Positions 39,858 through 51,957 of a stretch of 64,000 nt of DNA are shown here, piece after piece. The DNA is taken from the NCBI GenBank assembly GCA_001643675.2, contig LSRY02000009.1, positions 992,001 through 1,056,000 of the forward strand. Reading direction: 5' to 3'. Source of the stretch: Monocercomonoides exilis PA203 (lineage: Eukaryota; Protista; Preaxostyla). The notes beneath the pieces were generated by a model. The model saw nothing but the letters and a program-made list of their open reading frames with translations, was not told the origin of the DNA and searched no databases. The position numbers were made by a program, and so were the translations under genes. Each line of letters starts with the position of its first letter. Within the stretch, counting starts at the first letter, position 1.

Positions 39858-42149
39858 ATGATGAGATGGAAGAAGGAGAAGGAGAAGGAGAAGGAGAAGG
39901 AGAAGAAGAAGAAGAAGAAGAAGAAGAAGGAGGAGGAGAAGGAGAAGGAGGAGGAGGAGAAGGAGAAAGAATGGAAGATTATGACAGAACTGGTTGTGAA
40001 GAGGAAGAAAGTTATGTAACTGTTCTAACTGCTCCGTCGGCTTCAGCTTCTTCCTCAAATAACATGAGTTTAAATACAAATCAGATGGAAGATTCTGCAG
40101 GTTCAGTATCTTCTTTCTTTTCGGCCTTCTTCTTCTTCTTCTTCTTCTTCTTTTACAAATTCAATTTCATTTATGCCTCTTCTTCTTCCTCTTCCACTTT
40201 TTGTTTGCTTTTCAAAGATTCTCACTCCTGAAACAAACAAAAAAATCAGCTACAAACAGCGCTTGGCGTTCAATCTGAATTTAAAAGCGAAACTTCAGAT
40301 GCACAGCTGATGGCTGAGCTGAAGGAGAAATAGATGTCTTTTGTGTATTCTGCAGACATTCTCTTTGAAAGAGCTGAAGACGAGCTGCATGGAAATGTCC
40401 ACCTTGTGCCTACGATGATGACAACTTCCACAAATTCGATTATCCGTACATGAAGAAAGTGGATATGGAAGGAGAAAAAGATGACAATGAAGAAGGAGAA
40501 GGTGAAAAAGAAGAAGACTATGTTGATGATGGTAATGTTCATGAGTGAGAAGTAGAAGTAGAAATTGAAGTTGAAGAAGAAGAAGAAGAAGAAAAACAAG
40601 AAGAAAAACAAGAAGAAAAACAAGAAGAAAAACAAGAAGGCGAGAATGATAGTGATTATGATATGGAAAATGATAAGAAATTTTATTTTCTGAGGAAATT
40701 TTTGTTGTTGTTTGTTAGAGAGAAATATACAAATACATTTTGCTTATCTTTCTCTTTATCTTTTCCATTTTTTCCCTCTCTTTTTCACAATTTTCCTCAT
40801 CTCCATTCATTTTTTTCCTTCTTTCTTCAATTTTATCAGTTCAATCTTTTCTCTCCATCTCTCTTTTCTCTGTCAAAATTCTATCCCTCTTTGCACAAAT
40901 CATCTGTTTGCTATTTTCCTTCTTTCTCCTTTTCCTTTGATCCTTTTCTTTTGCTCCTTTTCCTTTGCTTCTTTTCCTTCTCCTTTGCTTCTTCTGCTGA
41001 AATCCTCAAAACCCCACGTGTTTTCATTTTTGAACCACATCCAGAGAATTATAAATGCCGCAGAAATATTTCCCTTCATTTAATTGTCCCCGTTTTCATT
41101 TTATCTTTCTGCTTCTTTTTCTTCTCATTCACTCAATTCATTTTTCTCTCTGGAGATTCCCCTTTTCAGAGCATCTTTTTGGTATTTTGAAGATAAAATT
41201 TATCCAAACGTTTTCTTCATCTGATCTCAAAGCGAATATTTTGGTGCGATACTTTTCTCTTCTTTCTCTGTATCTTTTCTTCTTTTCTTCTTTTCCTCTG
41301 TGTCATTCCGTTTTCTTCTTTCCAACTTCTTCTTTCTTTCTTTTTCTCTCTTTCTCTTTCTCTTTCTTTCTCCAATGGCATGATTCTCTCTTTCTCCTTC
41401 CAGAATTGTTCGGTTCTCCCTCTTTCTTCTTTAATTGTTATTCTTTCCTCCATTACCACTCAAAGCAACTTTTCTTTTCCACAATCACTTTTTTTATAAA
41501 AACGCAGTGAGACAGGTTTTCTCCGAGATAATGAGTGTTGTTCACAATTTATGGGTGGTTTAAGTGAAAAACTTCGCCCTCCCCAAATGACGTGGAAAAA
41601 GGGTGAGATCAAATTCAAAACAATAATATAAAAATTGAATAATAAAATAATGCATTGTCCGCTTCACTTCACCACCGACTTCGCCTTTTGCCTTGGTCAC
41701 GAAGACCAGAGGGCAGGGGACTTGCCCCTCGGAGCTCTCCCCTGCAGGCTGTGCAGGAAGCCGGTGAGGCGAAAGCTAAAAACGGAGCAGAAAGAAAAAC
41801 CGCTCTCGCTCATGCGAGGCGTGAAAAAAAAAACTGCTTGTGCAGCGCTCTGCCTCCCGCTCTTCTGCTGATCCAGCAGAGAAAATCCACTCATCACACG
41901 CTGCGTGGGATAATCTGACACTTCTTTTTGCGACTTGTTCGATAACAATTAAAGGAGTTGGCTTATGATTTAAACTGTTTCTTCATTCCATTTGTGTCTT
42001 TCCAGATTCTCGACGTACAGAAACCACTTCGGGCGTCTGATCTTCTTTTCTCTCTTTCTCTATCTCGCCCCTTTTTTCTCGTCATCTCCCCACACACTTC
42101 TGACTCCCCCTCGCACCACTCCTCCTGTCGTCTCTCCATCCGTCTTGCT

Positions 42150-42246
42150 ATTATCTCGGAGCAAACCTGTCTCACTGCGTTTTTATAAATTCGCAATGGA
42201 GTGAATCAACAAACGCAAGGAGCAGGTTTGCTCCTCAACAATGAGT
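42150..42246. repeat. internal complementary region (ICR) of DIRS-A
   Basis: One half is complementary to the 41493-41532 terminus and the other to the 47011-47070 terminus, joined at AAA 42187-42189. Confidence 0.9.
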
Positions 42247-42641
42247 CTTGAAAGCCCTTTTATTGTATTTTTATTCTTATTAAATTTTGTATTTATTTAT
42301 TTATTTATTTATTTATTAGTAATGATCTTAAACCCTTCTGTCTAGCACGTCATCGTGCGGAGGATGAATTGAGAGCGTGCGGGTGACGGTGCGGCCCTTG
42401 TCTCTTCTCCCTCCCTCTCTTGGGATGTCTTTGAGGCGACATCGGTTTGGCCCTTACCTCTTCAATGTCATTCCCTATCTGTACGATGATTCTTCCACTA
42501 TGCTTCTTCCGATCTTTGCCTCTCTTCTTCAGTGGAGTTGTATCCTTCTCTCCAGTCAGCTCACAGATGCTGCTGGGGATTATGGGGGGTGTCTTCTGAC
42601 GACTCGGTTGTCGGGGTGTAGAACATCGAGGTTGAACCGTC

Positions 42642-43415
42642 TCACTTTTCTTTCCTCCATCCTTCAGAAGACTCTCTTCTTTTTGATCGTTTTCTCGTAG
42701 GTTTCTTCCCTTCTTCAATACCAGATTTTGGTAATTTCTCAGTGCGATCTTTCGTATTTGCCTCTGCTATCTCGGGCTTACCCTCCTTCGAATCTCCACT
42801 CTTATCTGGCTTGTAATCTTCTCCCCTCTGGGGTACTGATCCACCGATTGTCTCCAGGATCCAATTTGTGTCTGGCACCGGTAACGCGGTATAGTATTCC
42901 TGGGTTACTCTAGAACCTGGCGCCCATCTCGCGTACATATTGATTGCTTTCCAATCTGCATCTTGTTGTCTTGCAAAATGTGTTATCACAGCTTGTCTTA
43001 TCGAGTTTGCGGTAAATGTGTCTGGTATTCAGTTTTCTCTCAGGACCGCCACTAATTCTTCTTTGATCCTCTGCAGGTTATCAGGTCTACTCCCTTCTAT
43101 GTCAAATCAGATATGCTTGTCTCAAAAGATGTCTTTGAAAAATCCATCCAGCGTTGGAGCGCTTCAACTGCATCGATACGTGGGTTTTGGTGGTTATTTG
43201 AAATAACTTTGATAATCTCACCTCCAGACGTTTTGATCTGTCCTTGCGTAAGTATTGTATTATCCTTGAATATCGTTGTATCACTTCTCATTCTCTCCAG
43301 CTCTGCTGGCCTTAACGCTCCAAAGATCATAATGAGGGATGAGGGCTCTCCTCTGGAGTGCTTGTGGGTCTATTGAGTTGTATGTGGTTTCTTCCACTTT
43401 TGAAATAGTTGTCAA
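42642..43415 (-). pseudogene. tyrosine recombinase of DIRS-A
   Basis: FGALRPAEL ... YARWAPGSRVTQEYY; contains stops and two 1-nt indels. Confidence 0.85.
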
Positions 43416-43963
43416 AAACCCACATTGATTTAAATTGCTTGCACCTTCTCTGCTTATCTCTCTTGTAAGTTCAAAGAGATGAATTAATATCTTTCTCCTC
43501 CGTCTTTATTTCTCCGAAAAGGTTAATAGACTCAATCACTTTTCTTTCATCTTTATTAATCTCTCCACTTAAAACATTTGTACAGGATAGAGTTTCAATA
43601 AATACTCCCCTAATCCATTAAGCATCTTTGGTTGTGATGGGGCCAGTATCATCAGTACTTCACTTGTCCAAGACTTGTTAAATCTTCTCAGCGTTCTCTA
43701 CGAATCCCTTTCGTTCTTTTGAATAGTCAATATTGATGCTGATATGTCCTTCGCTCCAACGTTATCTCTCTACGTTTGAAGAAATTCCCTTCTTATATAT
43801 TATCATCTCCAGTCTTGCACTAATTATTTAACATGGGGGTAAATTCGAGTCATCACTTCTCATCTCTTTGAAGGTCAATCCGATGTTTCTCAATAACAGA
43901 TTAGCACTATCTAGTTCAACTACAGCTCAATCACTCTTTCTCCCTTCTCAGAGAGGATCGTTT

Positions 43964-45982
43964 CTAAAAAGTTCCACAGAGCACCAACGCCATCGGTTCT
44001 GAAATAATATCTAGTGTTCTCGGTGCGACTATTTGCAATATCTCTTCAACTTTCTCCCCCTTCAATGCATAATTCGGCTTTCTCGCCATCCGGCCGAGTG
44101 CATCTGCTTCCATATTCTGTTCTCCCGGGAGATGTTCCGTCTGTATTATTATGTCCAGGCTGTTCAGTTTCTTCTCCAATGCTCTCAGTGTTGGAATGAG
44201 CGATGGCGCTCCCCTCTTCTTCTGTATTGTCCATCTTGTGGACATATTGTCTGTCTTCAGACAAATATGATCTATCTTCTGCTGTTGCATCCACGCTCCC
44301 TTTCTCTGTAATCTCCTCAACACTGCTCTGGACTCCTTTTCGTTTATCGCTAACGCACTCTCCTGGGGGGTCCATCTTCCGTGGACATATATCTTCTCCT
44401 CTTTGTTCCCCATCGGTATTGTTAACACTGCACCCCATCCCAGCTCTGACGAATCTGTTGTAAGTACTGCTGGCCTTGTTCTCTTTTTCAGACTCCTTGG
44501 TCTGTTCTCTCGCAGGGTTTTCCTCCAATGTGTCAACTCTCCTAACAACATTGGGTTGGCTATCACAGTCCCGTTCCAGCCTCCGCGGGCTATTGCCTGC
44601 CTTAGCAAGTATTTCATACGCTTCATCCACAAGCTCGCTGGTGGGTGTTGTAACCTCACAAAATTCAGCCTCCCGAGGAGTGCTGCAAAGTCTCTCGTCT
44701 TTTGTATACTCCTTTTCTTTTCATGTTCTATCCATTTTCGCATATCCTCTAGCAGCAGCACTCTCTTCCTCTCTTGGAGCGTCACTTCCATCTTCTCTGA
44801 ATTCCACAACCATCTTAAAAACTCCGCACTCCCTATGGGCTCCAATTTCAGCTTCTCTTCTGACAGTATCCAGCCCAAATTTCTCAGGAACTGGGCTATC
44901 TCCTGTGAGATCAATCTCAATGCATCCCTGTCTGAGTGCATGAGGAAAATGTCGTCCAGATAAATTACTAGCTTGACTTTCCACTTTTCTCTGATGAACG
45001 AGGCTGCCCTTTTTGTTATCTTTGTGAATGCTCTGGGAGCATCTTTCGCTCAAAAAGGCATCCCCACGTTAGCGTAGCATTGATTCTGAAAGCTGAAACG
45101 CATATAGGGACTGAATTGCTCGTCCACCTTTACATACTGGTATGCACTCGATATGTCCAGAGTGGTCATCCAATCGCTCTTCTCCAGGAGTTCCACAACT
45201 GTCTCCTGGGAATCCATCTTGAAGTGTTTCCCTAGCACTTCCTCGTTTACAATTCTGCAATCCAGAATCTTCCTCCACTTTCCGTTCTTCTTCCGGACCA
45301 TGAATGTCGGGTTGAACCACTTCACCTCCGACTCCTGTATGGGCTTCACCACTCCTTCCTTCAACTCCTCCTCCAAGAGGGATAAATAATTGTTTGTCAT
45401 CTCCATAGTCCCCCGATACTCTTGTCTGTATCTTCTCTCGTCGAGTGAGATTGGGGATTGGGGACTTTTCCATCGAGCTTTTATACCACGGCTTACAAGT
45501 TTGTCTCCCCCAATCTTCCTCCACTCGCTCAGTCTGTTCACTAGTCTCCCAGGAAGTGGCTCTTTCGGTGGTCCAATCACTATGCTCTCCCTCACTCCTG
45601 GCGTCTTGTGGCCAGGTTGCGTCTGTGTATTCCCTTCTTCTTCGAGAGTCTCTAATATAGCTGTCCTCGAGCTCCCCTCCCGGGCACTCCCAATTGGGGG
45701 CTCGATAACAATCCCAAAAGCTCTCAAGACTATCTTCCCTTTCTCCCTCTCGCTCTTCTGTCCCGTCACTCGGGGATATTCGGAGTCTCCTTCTGTTCTC
45801 GTTGTCTCGTGACGTACATCTTCTATCGATATCTCTCTCGCCGAATCCCCCGTGATTTCTCGTTCTCTCAACTTTCTTTGGTCTGGCGAGTTCAGAGTCC
45901 CTCTGACGTTCATCTGTTGTTTCTGCATTTCCGTCCCTGATCGCGTCTCGCCCGGAGCTATGGTTGCTCGTCTTGTATTCAT
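43964..45982 (-). pseudogene. reverse transcriptase-RNase H (pol) of DIRS-A
   Basis: Single frame: FNPTFMVRKKNGKWRKILDCR, TTLDISSAY, GMPF*AKDAPRAFT (TGA 45052-45050), IYLDDI, LTTDSS, ADALGR. The C-terminal methylase-like domain is absent or truncated. Confidence 0.92.
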
Positions 45983-48749
45983 CTCGCTGTAATTTGCTTC
46001 TCTCTCTTCTCTCTCTTCTCTCTCTCCTCTCTCTCCTCTCTCGGTCTCGCGGCAAGGCGCGGATTTAAGTTTTTCTCTTTTCTCATGATCACTAGATTAA
46101 GCTGAGTTTGATTCTTCATTATTTACGTTCGAATATGCACAGCTTCAATTTGATTTAATTATTTAACAACAGTAATTGAATTATCCTTGTATAAAAATAT
46201 CGCTGCAATATGTGTTCAGATCTTCACAAATATCCTTTTAAAATATATTTGTTTATATTTTGATGTTGCATTTATCCATATCACGTAGAACTGCGCTATT
46301 CCTTTCCCTTGTAATCTTCTTTCAGTATTTGCAGAATCTCTATTTATCCCTATCTCGCTGCAATCAACAGCTCTTTTTCCACTAAAGAAGGCATAGAAAT
46401 TTTTTTCTTCTGTTTTTTCATTCTCTGAAATAAACTCTTGAGAATGTATGACTTCATTTTAATAAATTGTATCTTTATTAAAAGTGGATTCTATCTCGAT
46501 AATCATCTCTCTGCAATATATGAATATATCTTCTTTTATTCTAGAAATATCTTGCGATTTCTAAATTTTCCTATATCTCGATGCATATATGGCTCATTTT
46601 CCTAATAAATGAACAAAATATTTTGTTGTTTCATTTTCTTAGAAAATATTTTGAAAAACATATCTTCATTTTGCATAAATATCTCACAAATATCAAAATT
46701 TCAGTTAACTGTTTTATAGCTTCGATTCTTGTATTGTCTTTTCACAATGCGCGGCTCTCTATTCGTCTTTATTAGCTGTTCGCAGTCTTTTATTCCGAAT
46801 GATGCATTTCAAGCTTAGGTCCTGGTAAGTTCTTCAATAATGTTTTCCTCTCTAACCAGTTTCAGAAGACGATCAAAATATTTTCCATCTCCGTCTCTGG
46901 ATTTTTAGTAACAGGCTGTTGTTTCTTAATTATTGCGGACAATAAAGATCTTCTTTGAATTTAAGAATTGGTGAAGTTAGTTCTTAAACCACCCATAAAT
47001 TGTGAACAACACTCATTATTGAGGAGCAAACTTGCTCCTTGCGTTTGTTGATTCGCTCCATTGCGAATTTCCTTATTTTCCAGTCAATTGCTGCATCTTC
47101 TCTCCGTTTTCTCTTCTCCTTTTGGAAATCCTCCTATTTTTGATTCCAATTCAAAGTTTCTGGAATCCATTTCACATTTTATTCATCCTATTCTGCTAAT
47201 TGCATCAAAATTGTGAGCCTTGCCATAAAATCTTCCAGTTGCATATTTCCATCAAACAGTTTTCTGAAATGACAAAGAAAGATAAATAACATGAAAATTT
47301 TGTTGCTTTTTTGAATGTGAATGCCCAGCTAGCCCATCTGCTCTGATGAAAGAGTCGCTTCTGCCAAATACCCTCAACAAATGAGCCAAACAAACTGCTT
47401 TTCACTTTCAAGCTCATCTTAAGCATTGCCAGGGAATGCAGTATGCAAGACAGATAGAAGATATCATGAATGACGTCGTTGTGTGTAATTCATACAAGAA
47501 TCATCTCAAAACTTCTGGTTCTTTTCAAAAAGGATAAAAAGGCTTCTTTTAATAATATTCCTGTTCATAGTCATTCTGTATTCATTCAAAGAACACCTTT
47601 AAATAAAAATGAATGAAATAAAAAAAGTCAAACCATCTTTTTTATCTTGAAATATTTTCCCTTCTCCAACGGATTGGTTATTATCAGCCATGCAGTCTTT
47701 CTTGCTCTCCAAAATTGCCTCTTGCCACATAAAAAACAGACAACTGGACAACAAATGGCTGACAAAGAACATCATCGAAAGCAGAAAATCCTTTATGAAA
47801 CCGATAATGATGCAAGTGAAAGATTATATTATCCAAATGATAAAGAAATCAACTCTTTTTTATTGATTTATTCAATGCCAAGTCTTCGCTGATGGCATGC
47901 CAGTAGGATTCATGCAAAATGCAAATGAGATTGTAATTGAGGACTGCTGAGTGCTTCGTTCTGTTCGCTTCCTCCATTGTCCAACCCCCAATTCCCTTTC
48001 CTTTTCCACAAAATCATCCTTCCCTCAAAAAATCACACAAAACAAGTCCTGCGCAAAAGATATGCCAAGTACACTGCACTTCCCTGAAATGACAAAGCGG
48101 TTCAATTCAATCTTTCTGAAATTCAACTCGCTTTTTCTGCATCTTGCTTGGATTACTTTTCATTCAAAATCTTGCAGTCGATGTTACACCATATGTTTTG
48201 CAATATATTTATAAGTCTAAATATGTGCAATTTCCCCTATCAATTTCCTTTTTGCAAGCAATCGTTGCAAACAGCCATCCGCTCCTTCATCTGTAAACAA
48301 AATCCATGCTCTTCTGCAGTGCTATATCTCGCATGAGCGCATTTGTAATCGTGGTTCTAAGCACTTAAACACGCCCTTGTTGCAGACAATCACCAATATA
48401 AAATCTTCACTTATATTTTATGTGTTGGACACCCTTATTTATTTGCACAAAAGCTAGATTATTTTGTTTCACACATTTGTTTGTTTTGAGGCAAAAACCA
48501 TTGATGGCAAAAGAGGTATGGAATTCTTTTTTATTTGATATTTGATTTGGTGATATTTTAATTCATTTGATTCAATTGAACCACAAATATTTCGAAAATG
48601 AATTTATTAACTGTTTTGAATTCATTTTGCGATTTCACAGTCACATTCAAAAATACAAATGTTTATAGGTTTGCAAAATGTTATAGGAAATTGTTGATTT
48701 AAAAAATAAATGCTTCTTTTTTCTCTTTTGATTTTTTCACTTTTTTTAG

Positions 48750-50067
48750 AGAAACTTTCACAGCTGGAACAATTCACCAAAACAGAACAGAAACAGAAAA
48801 TTGGAGAAATGAATGAAATGGTTAATGAAATGGATAGAAAAGAATTTGAATCAGTTTTCACAAAAGAACTGTTCAATGAAATGGATGAAATGATAAAAGA
48901 AGAGAAGCTTTCGATGAGAAATGCAATTTTGCTGATGAAGCACATTGGATATTTGCATACATCGAGAAGAATGTTTATTTATGGCTTTCAAGAAACTTCG
49001 TTGAACAAAAGATTTGAAAAGATGATTTTTTACGAAAATAAGAAAAAAGAAGGAAAGAACGAAAAGCTTTTTGTTGATCTTTGCGAATGCTGTTTTTCTT
49101 TGAGCTTCTTCTTCACATATGACCTGACTTTAATTTGTGTACCATGTCTTTTGAAAGTTTCATTAAAGAAAGAGGAAAGCGAGGAAATTTAAAAAGAAGT
49201 TGAAGTGGCTTTACTGGCTTTGAGCAATATTGTTTTAAGTGTATGTTTATTTCTATTTCATTTTTGAAGTTATTGATGCTTTCCCCCCTTTTTTGTAATT
49301 AGGATATAAATCAAGAGCTGTATTTGAATGAAATCAAAGAGATTATGAAATATCATCAAGAGCATCACAACCTCACTCGACTTGCCTATCAGTCTGCTTG
49401 GGGTTTTTTGATTTTCAGATTGGTCAATGATGAAAGCTTGGATGAAGTGATTGTGATTGAACTGCATTTTGGAAGAGAGTCAACAAAAGAACTGGAAGTG
49501 CTAACAAGAAATGTGGATTGGAAGAAGAAAGAAGAAGAAATGAGCAAAGAAGAAGCGAATGAAGTGCTTGTAATCACGGGATGGATGAAAACACTTAAGA
49601 TTTATTTTTCATGTTGTAAATTGTGGAATGAAGAATATGTTGAACTGATAGGAAGCATTGTTCAGATATATCGAACAGCGAAGGATAATCACAGAGGTAT
49701 TAGCAATCAATGCATTTGTTCCTTGAGAAATGCCGCAGGAAACGGATTTGTACCAGTTGATGACTTGCTGAAAGGAGGAGCAACCAATACTGTTTTGGAG
49801 GAGATGCAGCAACGAACATTGAAAGATAAAATGGCAAGAGAAAACTTGCATTTCTTTTTGAGTGTTTCAGAAAGATTGAAAGAAGAGAAAAAAGATGAAA
49901 AGGAAGAAGCAGAAAGAAAGAAAACCAAAAGGAAGGTGCTTGAAAAGATAGAAGAAGAAGGGTACGAGGATATCATCACAAGTTTTCATGGAACTTTTTG
50001 TTTTCTGAGCAGAAAACACTATCCTTTTTTGTCGTTGGATGTTTCAGTTTATTTTGTAAACGTTTAG
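48750..50067 (+). pseudogene. helical-repeat multigene family member, copy 2 (in-frame TAA at 49190)
   Basis: Homology to copy 1; conserved phase-0 intron 49241-49302; TAA where paralogs read CAA (ETQKEVE). Confidence 0.75.
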
Positions 50068-50415
50068 CCAAATTCTTTTCATTTGGCTTTGTTTCTCAAA
50101 TTTTCAATTTTTCTTTTTTTCATCATTTCACTGTCGCCAAAGATCATTCAAAATGAAAAGCTTTCATTCAAGTTATTAATTTTATAAGCATAATTTAGTT
50201 AACAAACAAATAAACAAATGCAAAAATCAAATTCTCCTTTATGGATGGGCATTTATTCAGTATTTAAATATTCTTTGTGAATGAGCGAACGATTGAAAGA
50301 AATTTCATTTTGAAAAAGAAAATATGAAATTCACTTTCTTCTCTTCGATCTGAAAGTTTGTAGCAATTGGGCGTTATGGATAACTTTCTGTATTATCTCT
50401 TTCCATCATTTCTTT

Positions 50416-51957
50416 TCATTTCTGTGATCTTGTTCGAATAATAAACTGGATGCATTTTTCTTCAATGATTTCATTTTCGTTTTTCTCGTTTTCATTGTTC
50501 GTTGTATTTAATTGCTTTTCGTGGATAGATTGAGACTCATTATCATCTGGTTCTTCAATACGGTCTGGTTGTGAGATCTCTTCTCTTGCTTTCTCTGTTT
50601 CACGGTTTTCTGGCAAATGTGATTGTTGATTGACGGGAATAATGGAATCCTTTTCGTCTGGTGTGGATGTGGATGGATGAATTGTGGAAGGATGTTGAAT
50701 TGTTTCATTTGTTTCCTGATTCGATGAAATTATCTGTGCCATCTTGTTTGATATGTTGGATTTGAAATAATGCTTTATCACTGTGTTGCTTCTGGGGGAT
50801 AATCTTGCGAATTTTGCCACCTGTTCGACTGGGGTTCCCGCCATTGTAAAGGCTGATATAGAGGCATGTTTCAAGGTGTATGGGCTGTTGTTCGAAGGGA
50901 TTCTTGCATATTTCATCATTTCGCTGGCTGCTTTTCGAATTGCACGGGCCTTCATTGGATCATATGTTGAAGAGCTCAGAAATAGTTTATTGGCAGTTGG
51001 ATTGTGAATTTTCACCCGATCCCATTGATCTTTAACGGCTGTTGCTGGACATATCAAACTTTCCTTGCTGAGGAATGGGATGACAATGTTGCTTCTTTCA
51101 AGTCCAGTTTTTAGTGATGTATTCGAGAAAATTGATTGCTTTTCTATTTCTGATTCCTTGAGATTAATTCTTTCCAGTTCTGTAAAGCGGCACGCAGAGA
51201 ACATCATACACAAACAAATTGTTTTCTTCGTTAGCTGTGAGAATGATAAATTTTCGTTCTTTCCAATCGTTTCTATATACGTGAATAGTTGTTGAGGATT
51301 CCACATATCATCTTGTCTCTTTTTCTTTCTGCATTCCGATCTCCTGAATGATCTAAACAGGATTGGAATCAAGGTGTTCTCCCCAAGTGATTTTCCATAT
51401 AATACTGATGTTAGGAAGGAAATGGCAGATCTGACAATTCTCAATGATGAAGCTTTCATTCCGCTGTTTTTCAAGGCGACAAACACATCCAAGCATCTTT
51501 TTTGCCAAATCTGAAATTTTGAAGGGATGTCTTTGAATTTCAACTGATCCCATCCGTCTTTGAAATGCGCGAAACCATAAGTGTATCCCATCCATTTTGC
51601 ACTTGCTACGCTGTTTTTGCACTCTTTGACCAGTTCACGTGACATGCTTCTTGATGCCAAAATCTCATTCCACCACGATTCTCCCTTTTCTGTTATGGAT
51701 TGATTAGGCATATCCTCAGTCTCCCAGTAGGAAGCGTTGCGTTCATCAGCTTCATCCATCTTCCTTCCTTGATAATCTCCTCCGTTCGCCTCCATGTCCA
51801 AGAGATGTGATTTGTGTTGTTCAGAAGAAATTCCCATATCTGACCTTTCCAATCTGGAAGAAGAAGAAGAACTCGAGCTTTCTCCATCGCTGCTTTTCGG
51901 ATCACTGCTGGAATCAAAGGAACTGGTGGATGCGCAAGAACCGTCTCGTTTATCCAT
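50416..51957 (-). CDS. tyrosine recombinase of DIRS-B
   Basis: Open 513-codon frame. Motifs MWNPQQL, FSACRFTEL, ICPATAV, YTLKHAS and TVIKHY. Confidence 0.85.
   Translation of the reverse strand: MDKRDGSCASTSSFDSSSDPKSSDGESSSSSSSSRLERSDMGISSEQHKSHLLDMEANGGDYQGRKMDEADERNASYWETEDMPNQSITEKGESWWNEILASRSMSRELVKECKNSVASAKWMGYTYGFAHFKDGWDQLKFKDIPSKFQIWQKRCLDVFVALKNSGMKASSLRIVRSAISFLTSVLYGKSLGENTLIPILFRSFRRSECRKKKRQDDMWNPQQLFTYIETIGKNENLSFSQLTKKTICLCMMFSACRFTELERINLKESEIEKQSIFSNTSLKTGLERSNIVIPFLSKESLICPATAVKDQWDRVKIHNPTANKLFLSSSTYDPMKARAIRKAASEMMKYARIPSNNSPYTLKHASISAFTMAGTPVEQVAKFARLSPRSNTVIKHYFKSNISNKMAQIISSNQETNETIQHPSTIHPSTSTPDEKDSIIPVNQQSHLPENRETEKAREEISQPDRIEEPDDNESQSIHEKQLNTTNNENEKNENEIIEEKCIQFIIRTRSQK

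Larger units (their letters stand above)
41493..47070 (-). mobile_element. DIRS-like tyrosine-recombinase retrotransposon family A, full length (5.58 kb), inactivated
   Basis: Short ITRs (ATAATGAGTGTTGTTCACAATTTATGGGTGGTTTAAG at ~41528-41564, inverse at ~46983-47019). ICR 42150-42246 complementary to both termini. Shared TTT at 41493-41495 and 47068-47070. ORF1, RT-RH and YR remnants present. Confidence 0.92.

Noticed and set aside
41755-41790. Hammerhead-like CCGGTGAGGCGAAAGCTAAAAAC
   Set aside because: The core deviates from CUGANGA/GAAA, and convincing stems I and III cannot be formed.
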